A stretch of DNA of 63,176 nucleotides, counting the filler, from Halocafeteria seosinensis (lineage: Eukaryota): the NCBI GenBank assembly GCA_001687465.1. It is 7 parts of 7 records of this genome, joined end to end, with 100 filler letters (N's around TTAATTAATTAA, not from the genome) between each part and the next. Parts side by side here need not be neighbours in the genome. Positions count along the whole stretch, not along the records: positions 3,369 to 27,193 come from LVLI01000068.1; 6 more parts are not named here. One strand, 5' to 3'. The notes under the pieces are model-generated. The model was given only the letters and a program-made list of their open reading frames with translations. It was not told where the DNA came from and did no database searches. Below, in pieces: positions 9,729-22,228 of the stretch (within the stretch, counting starts at the first letter, position 1; each line of letters starts with the position of its first letter). A program made the position numbers and the translations under genes.

Positions 9729-12700
9729 AAGACGAATGGAAGCCATCTATTGAAGAAGTAAATATTGGATACTGTTATGCATGATATTCCATTGTGAATG
9801 GCAGCAAAACTCATCGTATTGCTGACATTAAGGGCGTAATCTTAAGCGCAGTACTCAGGCAATTCTGTCTGCTGGACTCAGAAGCATGTAGCGTGTGGCT
9901 ATTAACCGTGCAATTAGTATGTTCTCTGGGACTGTAATTTCATTGCAAGTATTCGCATCGAGGGGGCGTTGGTGGAGACTCTGCTCTGTACTTGGCCCGT
10001 TGGAGTTCCAGTCAGGAACTACAGGCTGCAGTGCGCAGTGCGGCGGTCGCGATGTCAGTGATTCACAGGTACCTATGGATGTCGCTCGTAGTGTTGTCTC
10101 TTCCATTCAATTGTCTTGTGTCATTCTCAGTCTCTCGATGACGCCCACGTCTCGGGTTTACATTCAACCCAGAATAGAAGAAACAATGCTGTCGCTTTGA
10201 ATACCTGTCGAATATCGCCTTTGTAGAAGAGCGAACTCCCGTCGGTCGCTCGCTACCTCGGCTAGGACGATGGGGAGGCTGTTGCCGCTCGTGTGGCTTT
10301 TCTTTCTGGAGCTGACTATTCTGTGTGCACAGTGCAGGGGAGAACTGCCTCATACGCTATTGTAAGTTGGGTTACTTGGTGTAGCGGTAGCGCTTCAGGG
10401 CGTCACCAAAGGGGAGTTCCATGGGGGACAAAAACACTCTCCAGGCCTCACAAGTAACAAGTGTCATGTGGTTTTCTGTGGTGGAACGAGGTATCGTTTT
10501 TCTTTCTCTCTTTGAGTGTGTGAGGCAACGAATGCTATCCGTTTCTGTAGAACCAAAGAGACAGTTGGGAGTGTGGCGTGCGAACTAACGGTGGCTTGGT
10601 GATTGATGGAGTTAACCTAATGTGCACGACGGCTTCCCCATGCGATGTTGCCTGAGAATCACTGTTTCGACCCGGATACACCTACATGTGAACATCGGCG
10701 TGTCATTTACCGTCGCTTCTTCCTTTTTCTTGTTGGTGCGCAGAGGAAAGTGGCGACTTACGACGAGGAATTCAGAATGCGTTCTTCTTGATTTACGGTC
10801 TGCGAATCAAGGTATAGCCAAATATTGTTATGATACGCCCGGTGCCAATGCGGGAGCTGCATGCGGGAGGTATATTGTAAAGTAAGTGCTTCTTGCTTCC
10901 CTGTACACAGCGCTTTCGAAACATGGTCATGGTCACCGACGCTGTTTCGCAGCACCACAAGGGTATCCCCATCTGGTGACGAATCTTCCCAATTTCCTGA
11001 TTTTATTGTCGATTTCAAAGATGGAAGATGTATACGTATTTGGAACGGAAACTTCGGGAGTTTCCGAGCAACACTACCCTCGCGATGCGATTCTCCGGAG
11101 CCGCCCACAGCATTTACCGTAACAAGTAGGCATACCACTGATTCGATTCGGATTTACCCACAGTTGAAGTAGAGTTGAAGGTTTTATTTGCTTGGTATGC
11201 CTTTACAGATGAATCGTGTTCAAAAGAAACACAGTCTGCTAGAGTTGGCTCGACGTCGTCCCTGCTTCCCAGGTCGCTCATGTATGTTCATTTATTTTTG
11301 GGACGCGTTTCTTGTTACCGGCAATAACTAAATATCCATTACAAATGATTTGTGCAGGACGAAATGGGGAGTATTGCAAATGGATGGGTACTTCATTTCC
11401 TGTTATACTGTAGACTTCTCCACCGTCGAGATGGGATATATTGAACGCTGCGGAAATGACGAGTATGCAGCACAAGGTTCTCAGTGTGGAAGACTAACAA
11501 TTGGGTAAGTCGTTCACAGTGAGTATGCTCTAGAGTAGACACTTCACTAAGTGCTGCCCCTAATGTGCAGAAAGGTCCGCATTCTTAACGCTGCGTATCG
11601 TGACTCGAGACTCTATGAGATCCCGGTGGCTGATTATCACAAGTGCTTATATGTCGAGCAAAAAGGCAACGGACAATTTTTGTGCACTGCTGCTATGACA
11701 TGCGCTCCTGCGAAAGGCCGGAAAGCTCAACTTATGTTAATGGGAGGTAAGAATCATGCATTTGTGTTTCTACCCGTACTTCGGCAATTGTACTCATTGC
11801 TGGTTATGAGGTGTGCAGAAGGAGGATGCGTAGATCGCCGGGCTCTTAGTCCCATTGGAGTTAGTGCTCAGTCCGACTTTCCAAGTTCCCTGAAGTATGT
11901 TAGTTGACTGCAACTTCCGATCTTCCAAATGGATAAATGTTGAAGTGAGAGTTATAATACATCTGCTTTCTTCCAGGAAACGGTGGGGGCTTAAAGATCC
12001 CCGGAATCCTACCTGGTGTGCAACCTTCGATGTTGGAATGATCGATACGCGAAGTATGGAGATCTGTAATAGAACAAAGCAGGGCGGACCAGCGGGTCGT
12101 TGCCATACCCTTCCAGTACAGTATGTTGGGTATTTAGAACTGATTCGCATGTTAATTCCAAGCATTCTTATCGATTTCACTGTTTGACTTGAAATCCAGA
12201 TCTTACGGGGCGGTGCCGGAGACTACAGAGGAGTGGTACAGAATCAAAATGAATGGCGTCCCCACAGCGCTCCAATGCATGCACATTCTCAGAAAGGGTG
12301 ACGATTACCAGACGACCGGACCAAGGTCCTGTAATTTTGGGCAAGCGACAAATAACGAGCTAGTACCTCTTCGGGGTAAGGTTTCACCTCTAGTGGTACT
12401 CTTAGAATACGTGCGGGTACTAAATCGTTATAATTTTGGCAGAGAACGGATGTGCCGAGATCCTATCACCATCTTCGTCGCCTTCATCAACCCCGGAACC
12501 AAACGGCGTCAGCGATCGACTCCCATCTGCTTTGCCATCTGCTTTGCTGTACGTTTTGCGGTTACTGTTAGCAGCAAGTTCGACCATTCATCGTACTTGA
12601 TTTTGAGTCAACAGGGAGGAGTGGGCTTTGGTTCCTGTGAACGCATCTCGAGCTCCATGCATTGCCTATTTGGATATGAGTGACGCTAACGCAAGCCTCA

Positions 12701-14583
12701 TAGGATATTGTAATGTGTCGTCTGCAGAAACTGGCAGGGATTCCTGTGGAAAATACTCCATCGAGTACGTTCCTTTAGAGTATTGGATTCTTTCGTACTC
12801 TTTATTGTGATTACCGCTTCTATTCTTCTCTCAGATCATCTACTAGGGGATCTTATGGATACAAAGTTAGCATAGCAGATATGGAAAGTGATCCTTGTAT
12901 TTTCTTCGAATCGAATGGCCCCGGAGCATATTTATCAACTGGGTTCGTCTCTTGTAGTGCAAACGACCAAAACAGCAAGTTGGCTCTGATTCACGGTATG
13001 TCCCTCAATGTTACGCTTTAAGCTGTAACATCATTACAATGATACGCACTTGCTTTGCAGCCAACCTGTGCCAAAGTCGCCAACCACTTCCTACTCCGTC
13101 TCCAACGTCAGCTCCTACGGAGAGCAACGAAGGCATCCCCTCTTCTTATTTGTAAGTGGCAGTGTGTCAGCCGCCTGGTATAAGCGAAGACACATAATCG
13201 TTCAAACGATGCACACACAGAAATACGTGGAAACTAGCAACCGATCCTTGTCGTTGGGTGCATCTAAAGAACATTGATCAGCGGAAAGTGACGGAATGCG
13301 TTCTAAACACTGAGAGTCAACGTATAGCGTGTACTGCTCACGACTTGATGTAAGGATGCCTCTGTGGATTCGGTTACAAACGCAGTTGTCCAATTGAACG
13401 CCTCTTATTGGCTGGCTCCAGTAACTCTACAAAGTCGGAGATAGATGAACATGTGGGATATAGGCTTACTTTACGAAGTGCCACTCCGAACGTGCACAAC
13501 TGCTTATTCATTTCTCTAGAATCAGGCGACAACGTTGCCAGTAGCGTTATTTCATGTGCGGATTTAGACAACAGCCCCACGATTGTAGAGATTGAGAGTA
13601 AGTACATGCTGACTGCCGACATTTGGACCCATCCGCTTTTGCGAACAGGTTGAAATGATAATGCAGGTGGACGTTGCATCTTGAATGGAAAACCTGCTGT
13701 TCAACCCAGTATTGAAATGCCTGCGAATATCGAAGCTCCAGAAAAAAGTGAAAGACTGCCAGATTTAATGTATGTTCTAAATACAGTTAGAAGGTCTAAG
13801 CAGCATACGGCGAATGCTGGCTTGCTTTCAAATCAACATTCGCAGGCACTATTGGAAGATTAGTGGCACGCCAGAAGCTTCGTGCATGTCTTTGGATCTC
13901 ACCAATATAACATCGAATCTGGTGAAATGTTCCGTGCAAATGGGCGGAGACCAACCAGCACGGGATGTGTGTGAAAAATTTCCAGTAAAGTATGTGCGGG
14001 AGTAAGAAGAATTTAGCCCTATCGCACCTTAATGGTTTCCTGCTAGTTGCAACGCAGCTCTTTAGAATCAGTTCCACTGGGGAAGAAACACTGGATGCGA
14101 ATCTCGGTTGGAATCAGAACTTCTGATGGACTATCAAATGACTGCTTCTTCGCTCGAACGGAAGAAACGCTTCTAAAAATATTTAGGAGGGAGTGTGATG
14201 TAAGAGCACCTCCTGAAGACGTTACATCGATGACAGGTGAGGGATTGAAGAATGAAGCATGAGTGAAGTCTACGGTTTAGACGAGAATGGACCTGACTTG
14301 TTGCAGTGGGAATTTGCCACGACCGAAATCCACCAACTACTTCGCCACTTCCGGCGAATGGATCCTTACTCCGAGAGTTACGGTACGTACTGACACATTA
14401 TCGCATAATGTTTAACGACGCTGTATAGTTGGTCATTGCATACTGTTCACGAACCAGGCAACGATGGGCAGTCCGCTCGCCAACTGTCATGGGCAACGCA
14501 ACTTGCCGTTCTTTGGACTTGTCACGTTTTCCACAGCGGGTGCAAGAATGTAAGCAAGAAGGTTCGGGTAAAGAACACCACTT

Positions 14584-17500
14584 GTGCAACGATTACTTAG
14601 TTCAGTAAGTATCCAACCATGGGGTAATATTTTCCGAATAGAGCGAAACTTGATCGGTTGGTGCAGAGACGTTGAGGCCGTGCTGGCACCAACAGGTGTG
14701 CAATGGTACCAGGTTTGGGTACAAACACCGACACAAGAGCCAAGAGCGGAGAAAAACCAAAACCAGCAATGCTTGTTTCTTTCAGCATCGGGTGATATAC
14801 TGCTAGCAACGACGCTAGCTCACTGCGGCTTGGACCAGCACAAATGGCGCGATAAAGCGGCTACGATGCAAGGTAAGCACTTCAAGTCTTCAGCGTTTGC
14901 ACACCGCAAATTAGCATTGGCAGCACTACCTACAGAGGGAGCATGCTTGGTGAAACACGAAGAAGCCTCTGGATTAGTTTCCGCGTGCGAAATTTCTCGT
15001 TCCGACTGCGGTGCCCTTTCCTTCTCCCGTATTCCCACCTTCGACAAAATAACATACTTTGCAAGCAACCCTGCGATAAACCTTTTGGTGGAAAGCTCTG
15101 ATGGGGAAGAACCGATCATAGAAGTTCTCTGCAGGGACGATACGCAATCCGGCTGCGAACAAGGTTCCACTATGCCTCTTCACTCCAGCGCGTTCAAGTT
15201 GCTAAACGCGAGCTGCCGAGGAAATGGAAATCGGAATTTGTGTCGGCAATATGAGTACTCGGTGCGTTTTGTCTTATCGCTGAACGTATGGCAGGTTCTA
15301 GGAAAACAAATCTCTCCGAATGTGCATTCGCGACGTCTTTCTGAAGAAATGAGCGCCATCGAAATTCCTGTAGAGAGTCGAATAAGACTGGGAGGCCGTG
15401 TCTTCCTAAGTGCAGCACAAAATGTGCAGATCCAGATGGACAGACGCGCTAGTGGGAAACTGTCTCAGCCGTCAGAAACGAGGTTTGTAGATGTTTCCCC
15501 GCGAACTGCGACATTGTCGTTTCATCGAGAAGCAGGATACCAGGGGTCAATATCGGAGCCATTTTCACTAGCTATGGAGCCCAATGTTCGCGCGAAGTGG
15601 CATGTCGCCGAAGAATACTCCTCCTTTGTGCTACTACCCGAAAACCAAGCTTCAGATTCTGCTTCTGGCGTTACTATGGTCGATAGGAATGTGTCAATTT
15701 TAATTCATCGTGCACCGGCTGGGCACACTGTAGTCCCAGTGAATGTTACGTTTCTCACACTGGACGAGCAGGTTATAGAAAGAATAACTATCTCGCTCAC
15801 ACTTCGTGTGCGTCAGCCGGTCGCCGTCGTAGACACCACTTTTGTGGATGTTCAGCAAGGGGTGACGGATACATCGTGCCGCAGATACATTCGCCTGGAG
15901 AATCTGGGCTCGGCTGACCTGACCTGGGATGCTAAACTAGCTATGGACGCTGCTAATGCGACACAACCTGCTCCCTGGTTAGAGATTGGGAATGTTTCCA
16001 AGTCTCGGATTCCACCCATGGGCCATGTTGATATCCCCTTAACGTTAATCCCACGCAACAAAGCCTATGCTAAAACGGTGTCTGCCTGGATTTGCTTAAG
16101 TACCAACAGCTGGAGTGGTAGTGGCATTTCTGACGACTTAGGGCATACACGCGGACCTAGTGACCGACGCGTGAGTGGGAACTATTCTATCCAAGTTCGG
16201 CACAGAACAATATCCGTAGTAATGTGTTCAGACCCTCGTGCTCCTCTGACTCTATCGCCTTCTGATGAGCGTTCATCCGCGTTGACTGTAAGCAATACGG
16301 AGCGAGGTCGTATTGTGGTGGAAATCACAAGGGTGCAGCTAAGATACAGATCATCTAACGAATCTCTGTACACTAAACTCGTTGACAGGAACACCGTTCT
16401 TCACTTGTCGGATTGGCTACAAATTGTTCCAAGATGGAACGAGTTGAGCACTGGAACTTCGAAAAAAATGAGGGTTATCCTTAAGTATTCCGGCAGGCTT
16501 GCGGAAGTACTCTATAAATCGTCAATGAAAACGGGTGAATTCGATTTGCGAATAACGTTGTGTGCGTCCCTTAGAGGAAGGCGATCTGTTTCTATTCCCC
16601 ATGACTACGATATCCACTTCCGGACTCTTGGAGGATTGGCGGAGCCAAAGCGATCAAAGATCAAATTAAACAGGCTCACTGGGCTGGTCGGTGAAACTGT
16701 TGTAGGATCCCTTGTTCTTAGAGACCGGTTTGGAGTCGGTTCTGGATATGCCACTTGGCGACTGCAGCGTGAGGATGGCCTGTCACTACGCGCATTTACC
16801 GACAAGGAGGAAGACGAGGACGAAGTACAGCTTATGATCCCGGAAGATACTGTGCCCGGGGAAAGAGTTAATTCGTTTCGCTTTCATCTTCGCGCGTTCG
16901 CGGAAGCTAATGTATCTATCGTCGGGACGCTTGGAGGCGAATCCATTGTTAACTCTCCAACTCGTTTAACGATACAGGGTATTTCGTGTCCCCCTGACGC
17001 GGAAGTGCAAATTGAACGAATGTGCTACTGCCGGCGAGGCTATAGAAGGACACGGTCTGGATACTGCGAGGCGTGTCCGTCGGGGACGTTCCAACCTGAT
17101 CCCTCAAATGAGCTCGGGTGCAATCCTTGTCCTCCCAACAGTTTTTCTACTAGCGGAAGCGATAGATGCCTTCCATGCCCGCGGATTGATGGAGTTGCCT
17201 GTCGGAGAGGCCAGTTACGCATGTCTGAAGGATATTGGTGTGAGGATTGCCCTTCTAAGTGGAAATCTGTGAGCTCTACAGCTGATGTACTTTCCGGAGC
17301 ACGACAAGCAGTGTTCCATGAGTGCAATCCTCCCCATGCATGCAAAGTCAACGGCTCTGCATTCGCGAGTGATTGTGCAGGCGGCTACGTTGGGCCGGTG
17401 TGTAGTCAATGCAGCCCTGACTACGCCAAAGCTAACGATGAATCGTGCCGTCCTTGTTGGAGTTCTGGAGTAAATGCGTTACTTCTCATGCTGTCGGTGA

Positions 17501-20500
17501 TTCTTGTTCTTGCAGTTGTTGGTGGGTTGGCTTACCGAGTATATAGTTACGATAAGGCAGTTTTTCGGCAATTAAAAGAAGGCAAACAATCGCGAAATGG
17601 GATAGTAGAGCACTGGGGGAAAGTGAAACATTTGTATATTCATGATACATGGGTCAGGGAGGAAGATATGGCAAACAATGATGAGGAGTCTGACTTCCCT
17701 AAATTAACGGCAAGCGCCGTCTTGAAAAACAATAGGTCATTGATCAGAGGAGCGTCTCTCCAGCACATCGTGCTGATGATACTGGACTATTTACAAATGT
17801 CGGCAATTCTCAACACCATGAAGGTTGCCCCCTTTTTTGGAAATTCAGGGTGGTTTGGTGAGGTGGCAGATTTAGCCACCTTTAGTCCCTTCCGACTTCC
17901 TTACTTTCACTGTTTAACAGGACTAGGTCACTTCGAGTCGTCATTACTGACAATGCTAATTCGTGCTATGTACATTGCCTTTGTGACAACGCTACATATA
18001 ATTTTTGAGTTTGTTGCGCGCTTGCTCTCAGGTGCCTCCGAAAGACGAAAACATTCTGCGGCGCGGATTAGGCAGAGACTATACCGCGCGGTATTGGTTC
18101 ATTTCCTGTTCTTGAGCCTTTTCTATATGGCAGTTTGCGAATCGGCGTTTAGAAGTTTGCGAGTGTATCCGAAAGAAATAGGATCATCTGAACGATCGTT
18201 GGTGGATTTGACAATGAGTACGGACAGCTCTGAGTTCCTGGGCTTGAAAGTTACAGCAATAGTTGTGCTCGTTTTGTTTGGTTTACTTTTCCCATTTTTG
18301 CAAGCACTCTGGTTTGGTTGGCGGTTTTCGGCCTTAACCGGAGTCCTGCATGGGCGATTGCTCTGGAATCTTGCCGGAAGTTACAGTTTGCGGACCCATG
18401 GTTTTTATTGGGGTGTGGTCGTTATGGTTCGGAAGCTCGCTTTAGTTGCGATTTCAGTTTGGGCGTCGACAGAGTATGCACAATTTGCACTGACTCTGTT
18501 AGTTCTAGTTGGCTCATGCATTGTAGCTGCTGCAACGTTCCCCCATCTCACTGCTGTATCTCAGCAATTGCAGTACGGCCTGGTTTTGTTTAGTACAGCG
18601 AATGTTTCTCTAGGGCTTCTACGGGATACAGAAGAGCGAAGTTCCGCACCCTATTCCCAAAGCAACATTGTTCATATCATTAATGTACTGCAAATCGTCG
18701 TAGCAATTCTAGTGGCGTTTGCTTGTGGGTCCATGTACCCCGAACTGGTGAATTCGTGCTACCGAGCCATCGGAAAAGAGGGTATAGAGCTTACGCAATC
18801 GAAACGCCGTCAGAGTAACTTTAACCCGCTTCGCAATGAGCGACCGTCTCGATTCGTGGCTCCCCAAAATCCACTGTTATCTTCTTCCGGTTCGGAGAAT
18901 CGTGACCAATCTTCAGATTCATCAAATCGTAAGGCCAGCTTCGCACCGGAAGTGCTGAAAGCATTCTACAATACCGCTTCGGAGAGTGGCTCCCGGGCGT
19001 CACACCACAAAGATTCGAGCAAGCAGCAGAAAAAAGTGTCTTTCCCTCCTAATCCTAATGAGGGGCGCAGTAGTAGTTTACGTGCGTCTCAGATGCTTTC
19101 GAATCCCCTGGGTTTCGGCGAAACCGAAGAGTCTCACCACAGGCATGAGGAGAAAGATGGGGTAGGAACGCAATCATGGGAAGAGTTTGACGAAGCCCCT
19201 AGCGGCGATCGTTCCCATGACGTTCAAAGTGTCGAAACGGACAACTCCTTATCCGCAACTGACATGCATTCCAATCCGCTCCTCTTTAGGAGCGGTGAAC
19301 GCAGTGACGATGGATCCAAAAGGAGTGCATCGAGTTGTGGGATGGATGCACGAAGGGCTGAGACGCTGGAACCATTCAACCGCACTAAAGGAGCCTCCAT
19401 TGGTCAACGCGAGTACTTCAATGAGCAAATCACCACAGAAACTTCCAAACCGGGGCAAACACCTTCGGTGGCTCATCACCGTGCTTCCTTTACACTCCAC
19501 GATAACCCTCTCGCCCTATCATATCCCTCAGATGCACGAACTTTCAGTGCTTCAAAAGGTACTTCTGCTTCCGCTGGCACCGATGCAGATCTTCGCAAAA
19601 GAGCGGAAACATTAGAACCTTTCAACCGGAGAAAAGGGGTACCTGCCGGGCAGCACAGACACACAGAAGAGGCGAAGGATGCAATACCCTCCTGTGCACG
19701 CCAGTCTGGGGGAGCGTCCTCTAAAGTTACTCATCGCCCTTCGCTCACGTTTCACGATAACCCTCTTGCTCAATCGAAGCCAGGTCACGCTGATACACGA
19801 AGCATCAGCCTTTCGAAGACGACCACGTCTAGTTCACGTAATGAAGAGCGCGGAGATATACGCAAGCGAGCTGAAACATTGGAACCCTTTAATCGCACCA
19901 CCAGACGTGGAAAAGAAAGGAAGGATGGCGAACACACGTCCACAATGGAAGCGAAAGATGTCTCAAGAATGGTCGACCGGCGTGCTCTCACAGTCGACCA
20001 TAAATCTCGTGCCCCATCGTCTCCATCGGAAAGTCATTCCGGGAGCACTGCTGACAGGTTTCGGACACCGATATCTGGCGAAATCAGTGTGGTCCAGACT
20101 ACCGCTGGTAATTTGCCAGCTGACGGAAAACGGCGTTCGGTCACTACAGGACATCGACCTTCCACGTTGGAATCGGCTGATTACGTAAACTCGACTCTGA
20201 GGCAAATGAACAGACATCCTCAACAAAACTTTAAACGGGATGCATCCCACAAGTCGTCTGGGAAGAGAGGTGCGTCCTACGGAGCTCGCAGGCATCGAGC
20301 GTCAGGTAGCCGTATACACCGCAATTCACTGAAATTGCATGATAATCCGCTTGTATGCTCAAGCCAGGGACATGATGCAGAGGATGAATCAAAGGACAAT
20401 GCTTCGCGTTCACGAACACTCACATCCCTCGCTAAGAGGTTAGTCCCGCATAGCACCTCGAAAGCGACTGAAGGAAGCGCCGGTGAGGAAGGGCCACGAA

Positions 20501-20724
20501 GTGGTAAGGGAAGCCGCAACGATCGAAGAGGTAACGATGGGGAACATGAAGACCTACAAGAGCGGACAAAAACTGCTCGATACTACTTCAGTCGGAAGCC
20601 AACGGAACATCATGTGCGAAGCAAGTCTAGTGGAAAACGTGAGTCTTTGACCGACAAAGTGGTTAACTCTCGTGCCAAATTCAAGGCCAAAATGAAGACG
20701 GAGTTTGGTCAGAAGGGTACGTAG
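14584..20724 (+). CDS. Large surface/membrane protein: Ig-like region, GCC2/GCC3-like Cys-rich repeats, multi-pass TM domain, long disordered tail (5' end uncertain)
   Basis: 2046-codon ORF with CEACPSGTFQ...CNPCPPNSFS and CAGGYVGPVCSQC, a series of hydrophobic segments including YWGVVVMVRKLALVAISV, and a Ser/Arg-rich tail. Confidence 0.85.
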   Translation: MQRLLSSVSIQPWGNIFRIERNLIGWCRDVEAVLAPTGVQWYQVWVQTPTQEPRAEKNQNQQCLFLSASGDILLATTLAHCGLDQHKWRDKAATMQGKHFKSSAFAHRKLALAALPTEGACLVKHEEASGLVSACEISRSDCGALSFSRIPTFDKITYFASNPAINLLVESSDGEEPIIEVLCRDDTQSGCEQGSTMPLHSSAFKLLNASCRGNGNRNLCRQYEYSVRFVLSLNVWQVLGKQISPNVHSRRLSEEMSAIEIPVESRIRLGGRVFLSAAQNVQIQMDRRASGKLSQPSETRFVDVSPRTATLSFHREAGYQGSISEPFSLAMEPNVRAKWHVAEEYSSFVLLPENQASDSASGVTMVDRNVSILIHRAPAGHTVVPVNVTFLTLDEQVIERITISLTLRVRQPVAVVDTTFVDVQQGVTDTSCRRYIRLENLGSADLTWDAKLAMDAANATQPAPWLEIGNVSKSRIPPMGHVDIPLTLIPRNKAYAKTVSAWICLSTNSWSGSGISDDLGHTRGPSDRRVSGNYSIQVRHRTISVVMCSDPRAPLTLSPSDERSSALTVSNTERGRIVVEITRVQLRYRSSNESLYTKLVDRNTVLHLSDWLQIVPRWNELSTGTSKKMRVILKYSGRLAEVLYKSSMKTGEFDLRITLCASLRGRRSVSIPHDYDIHFRTLGGLAEPKRSKIKLNRLTGLVGETVVGSLVLRDRFGVGSGYATWRLQREDGLSLRAFTDKEEDEDEVQLMIPEDTVPGERVNSFRFHLRAFAEANVSIVGTLGGESIVNSPTRLTIQGISCPPDAEVQIERMCYCRRGYRRTRSGYCEACPSGTFQPDPSNELGCNPCPPNSFSTSGSDRCLPCPRIDGVACRRGQLRMSEGYWCEDCPSKWKSVSSTADVLSGARQAVFHECNPPHACKVNGSAFASDCAGGYVGPVCSQCSPDYAKANDESCRPCWSSGVNALLLMLSVILVLAVVGGLAYRVYSYDKAVFRQLKEGKQSRNGIVEHWGKVKHLYIHDTWVREEDMANNDEESDFPKLTASAVLKNNRSLIRGASLQHIVLMILDYLQMSAILNTMKVAPFFGNSGWFGEVADLATFSPFRLPYFHCLTGLGHFESSLLTMLIRAMYIAFVTTLHIIFEFVARLLSGASERRKHSAARIRQRLYRAVLVHFLFLSLFYMAVCESAFRSLRVYPKEIGSSERSLVDLTMSTDSSEFLGLKVTAIVVLVLFGLLFPFLQALWFGWRFSALTGVLHGRLLWNLAGSYSLRTHGFYWGVVVMVRKLALVAISVWASTEYAQFALTLLVLVGSCIVAAATFPHLTAVSQQLQYGLVLFSTANVSLGLLRDTEERSSAPYSQSNIVHIINVLQIVVAILVAFACGSMYPELVNSCYRAIGKEGIELTQSKRRQSNFNPLRNERPSRFVAPQNPLLSSSGSENRDQSSDSSNRKASFAPEVLKAFYNTASESGSRASHHKDSSKQQKKVSFPPNPNEGRSSSLRASQMLSNPLGFGETEESHHRHEEKDGVGTQSWEEFDEAPSGDRSHDVQSVETDNSLSATDMHSNPLLFRSGERSDDGSKRSASSCGMDARRAETLEPFNRTKGASIGQREYFNEQITTETSKPGQTPSVAHHRASFTLHDNPLALSYPSDARTFSASKGTSASAGTDADLRKRAETLEPFNRRKGVPAGQHRHTEEAKDAIPSCARQSGGASSKVTHRPSLTFHDNPLAQSKPGHADTRSISLSKTTTSSSRNEERGDIRKRAETLEPFNRTTRRGKERKDGEHTSTMEAKDVSRMVDRRALTVDHKSRAPSSPSESHSGSTADRFRTPISGEISVVQTTAGNLPADGKRRSVTTGHRPSTLESADYVNSTLRQMNRHPQQNFKRDASHKSSGKRGASYGARRHRASGSRIHRNSLKLHDNPLVCSSQGHDAEDESKDNASRSRTLTSLAKRLVPHSTSKATEGSAGEEGPRSGKGSRNDRRGNDGEHEDLQERTKTARYYFSRKPTEHHVRSKSSGKRESLTDKVVNSRAKFKAKMKTEFGQKGT

Positions 20725-22228
20725 GTTCCACCGTGCTCGCGAACTAGGTTGGTACGTATTGTTCACTAGTACTACATAAGGTTCAGTTTTGTAGGAGTTG
20801 ATAAATACAACTTCCAAAGTAAACGCTTCAGTGTACACGACGATTCCCACAACTCGCATCCATTATATTGGCTTGGGTATGTACTGAAGCTCTGAGTCAC
20901 CAACTGATCACCTTCGCTTGGATTCACATTGAACTTGCGCCCAAGATTTGCATGCTAGAATGCCTATCCACAGCGTATACGCACACATACTAGAGATGCT
21001 ACGAAAACGACAATATATGTCCCTATCCTTGCCGATCCAAGATTTAAATGAAAACCTTAGCAGCACTATCTTTCGAGTTTCTAGTAAGGGTGTGGCGCAA
21101 ACAAAATAAAAGAACGACAGAACAGATATTGGTACCAGGATCTGCCCTCTAACACAACACAAACATGGCCTTGTGAACTCTCGATCATTTGCAACTGGAA
21201 CTCAGGTCTCCCAATGTAACCCGTGGAGCGCTCGAGCTCGACTGTTCAAAATCGGCGTGGCCACCGTTCAGTCTCCAGGACAGTAGAACAGTTCTGGGTC
21301 ATGTTTGGCAAAATCATACATGCTTTGCGGAAGTTCGCAGCCGAATCCGTAGTTGTCGGACCTTGTCGGTCTCCACTGCAACACGTGAGAAGGAGTTCAC
21401 TGTAAGCTTTAAGGAAAGTCTCATCGCCAATTCAAATAGGCCTCTCTTTTTCCTTTCCTCGTTCTTAATGTACTTCCTTCGGTACCTCAAGATCTTGTGT
21501 GTACCTAATTGTTGGAGTTCGTCGTCTGAGGAACTTACTTGGCTCCGTGGGTATTGTACCCCTGGTGCCTACAAGAACCACTCATCATTCCTGGGGGATC
21601 TATAATCCATGTTGTGCGTTTAGAGTTCCCTGCTGTTGTAGTCGCTGTGGCCGCACTTGGTTTGAAACATCTTGGCGTTGGCGGACCGTTGCTATTTAAT
21701 TGCGCAATGCGACCGTCCGTGGGTTGCGACCTTGCCAGCCAAAAAAAAGGAGCTAGCAAGGACGTGGACGCGAATTCAACCGCCTTTCGGTTCCACCGCC
21801 AGTTGAAAGCCACACCTACACGTCAGTTCAGTCTTCGTTTCGTCATTTGGAGGGAGTAGAAGCAAAGTAGAATCCTATGTCTGTCTATACATGTATGTAT
21901 GTCTACCTCCCTCTGTGTATCACCATCCAAAAACCTACCGGCTCTTGCTCTGGCGGGTGCCAAGTCGAAGAAAAAGGGGTTTTCTCCCCCCTCTGTCTGA
22001 AACAGCAGCAACACCGATAACCTCTGTTTTGGAACGCTGCATAACGCATCACACACCTCGTGAAGTCATTTCGGAGAAGAGGAGGCATGTGTGTGGGTAG
22101 AAGAGGTCGATACAAGTGGTAGTTCGTCCGGGAAACCGCTGGGGGCTTCCAGCCGCAATAAAGGCCCGACCGAACAAGGCTTCGACGGGGGAGCTGCTAT
22201 AATACATAAAGAAAATTGTACAGTCAAA

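Noticed and set aside
21189..21859. Overlapping ORFs on both strands between the two large surface-protein genes
   Set aside because: No recognisable product or convincing exon structure.
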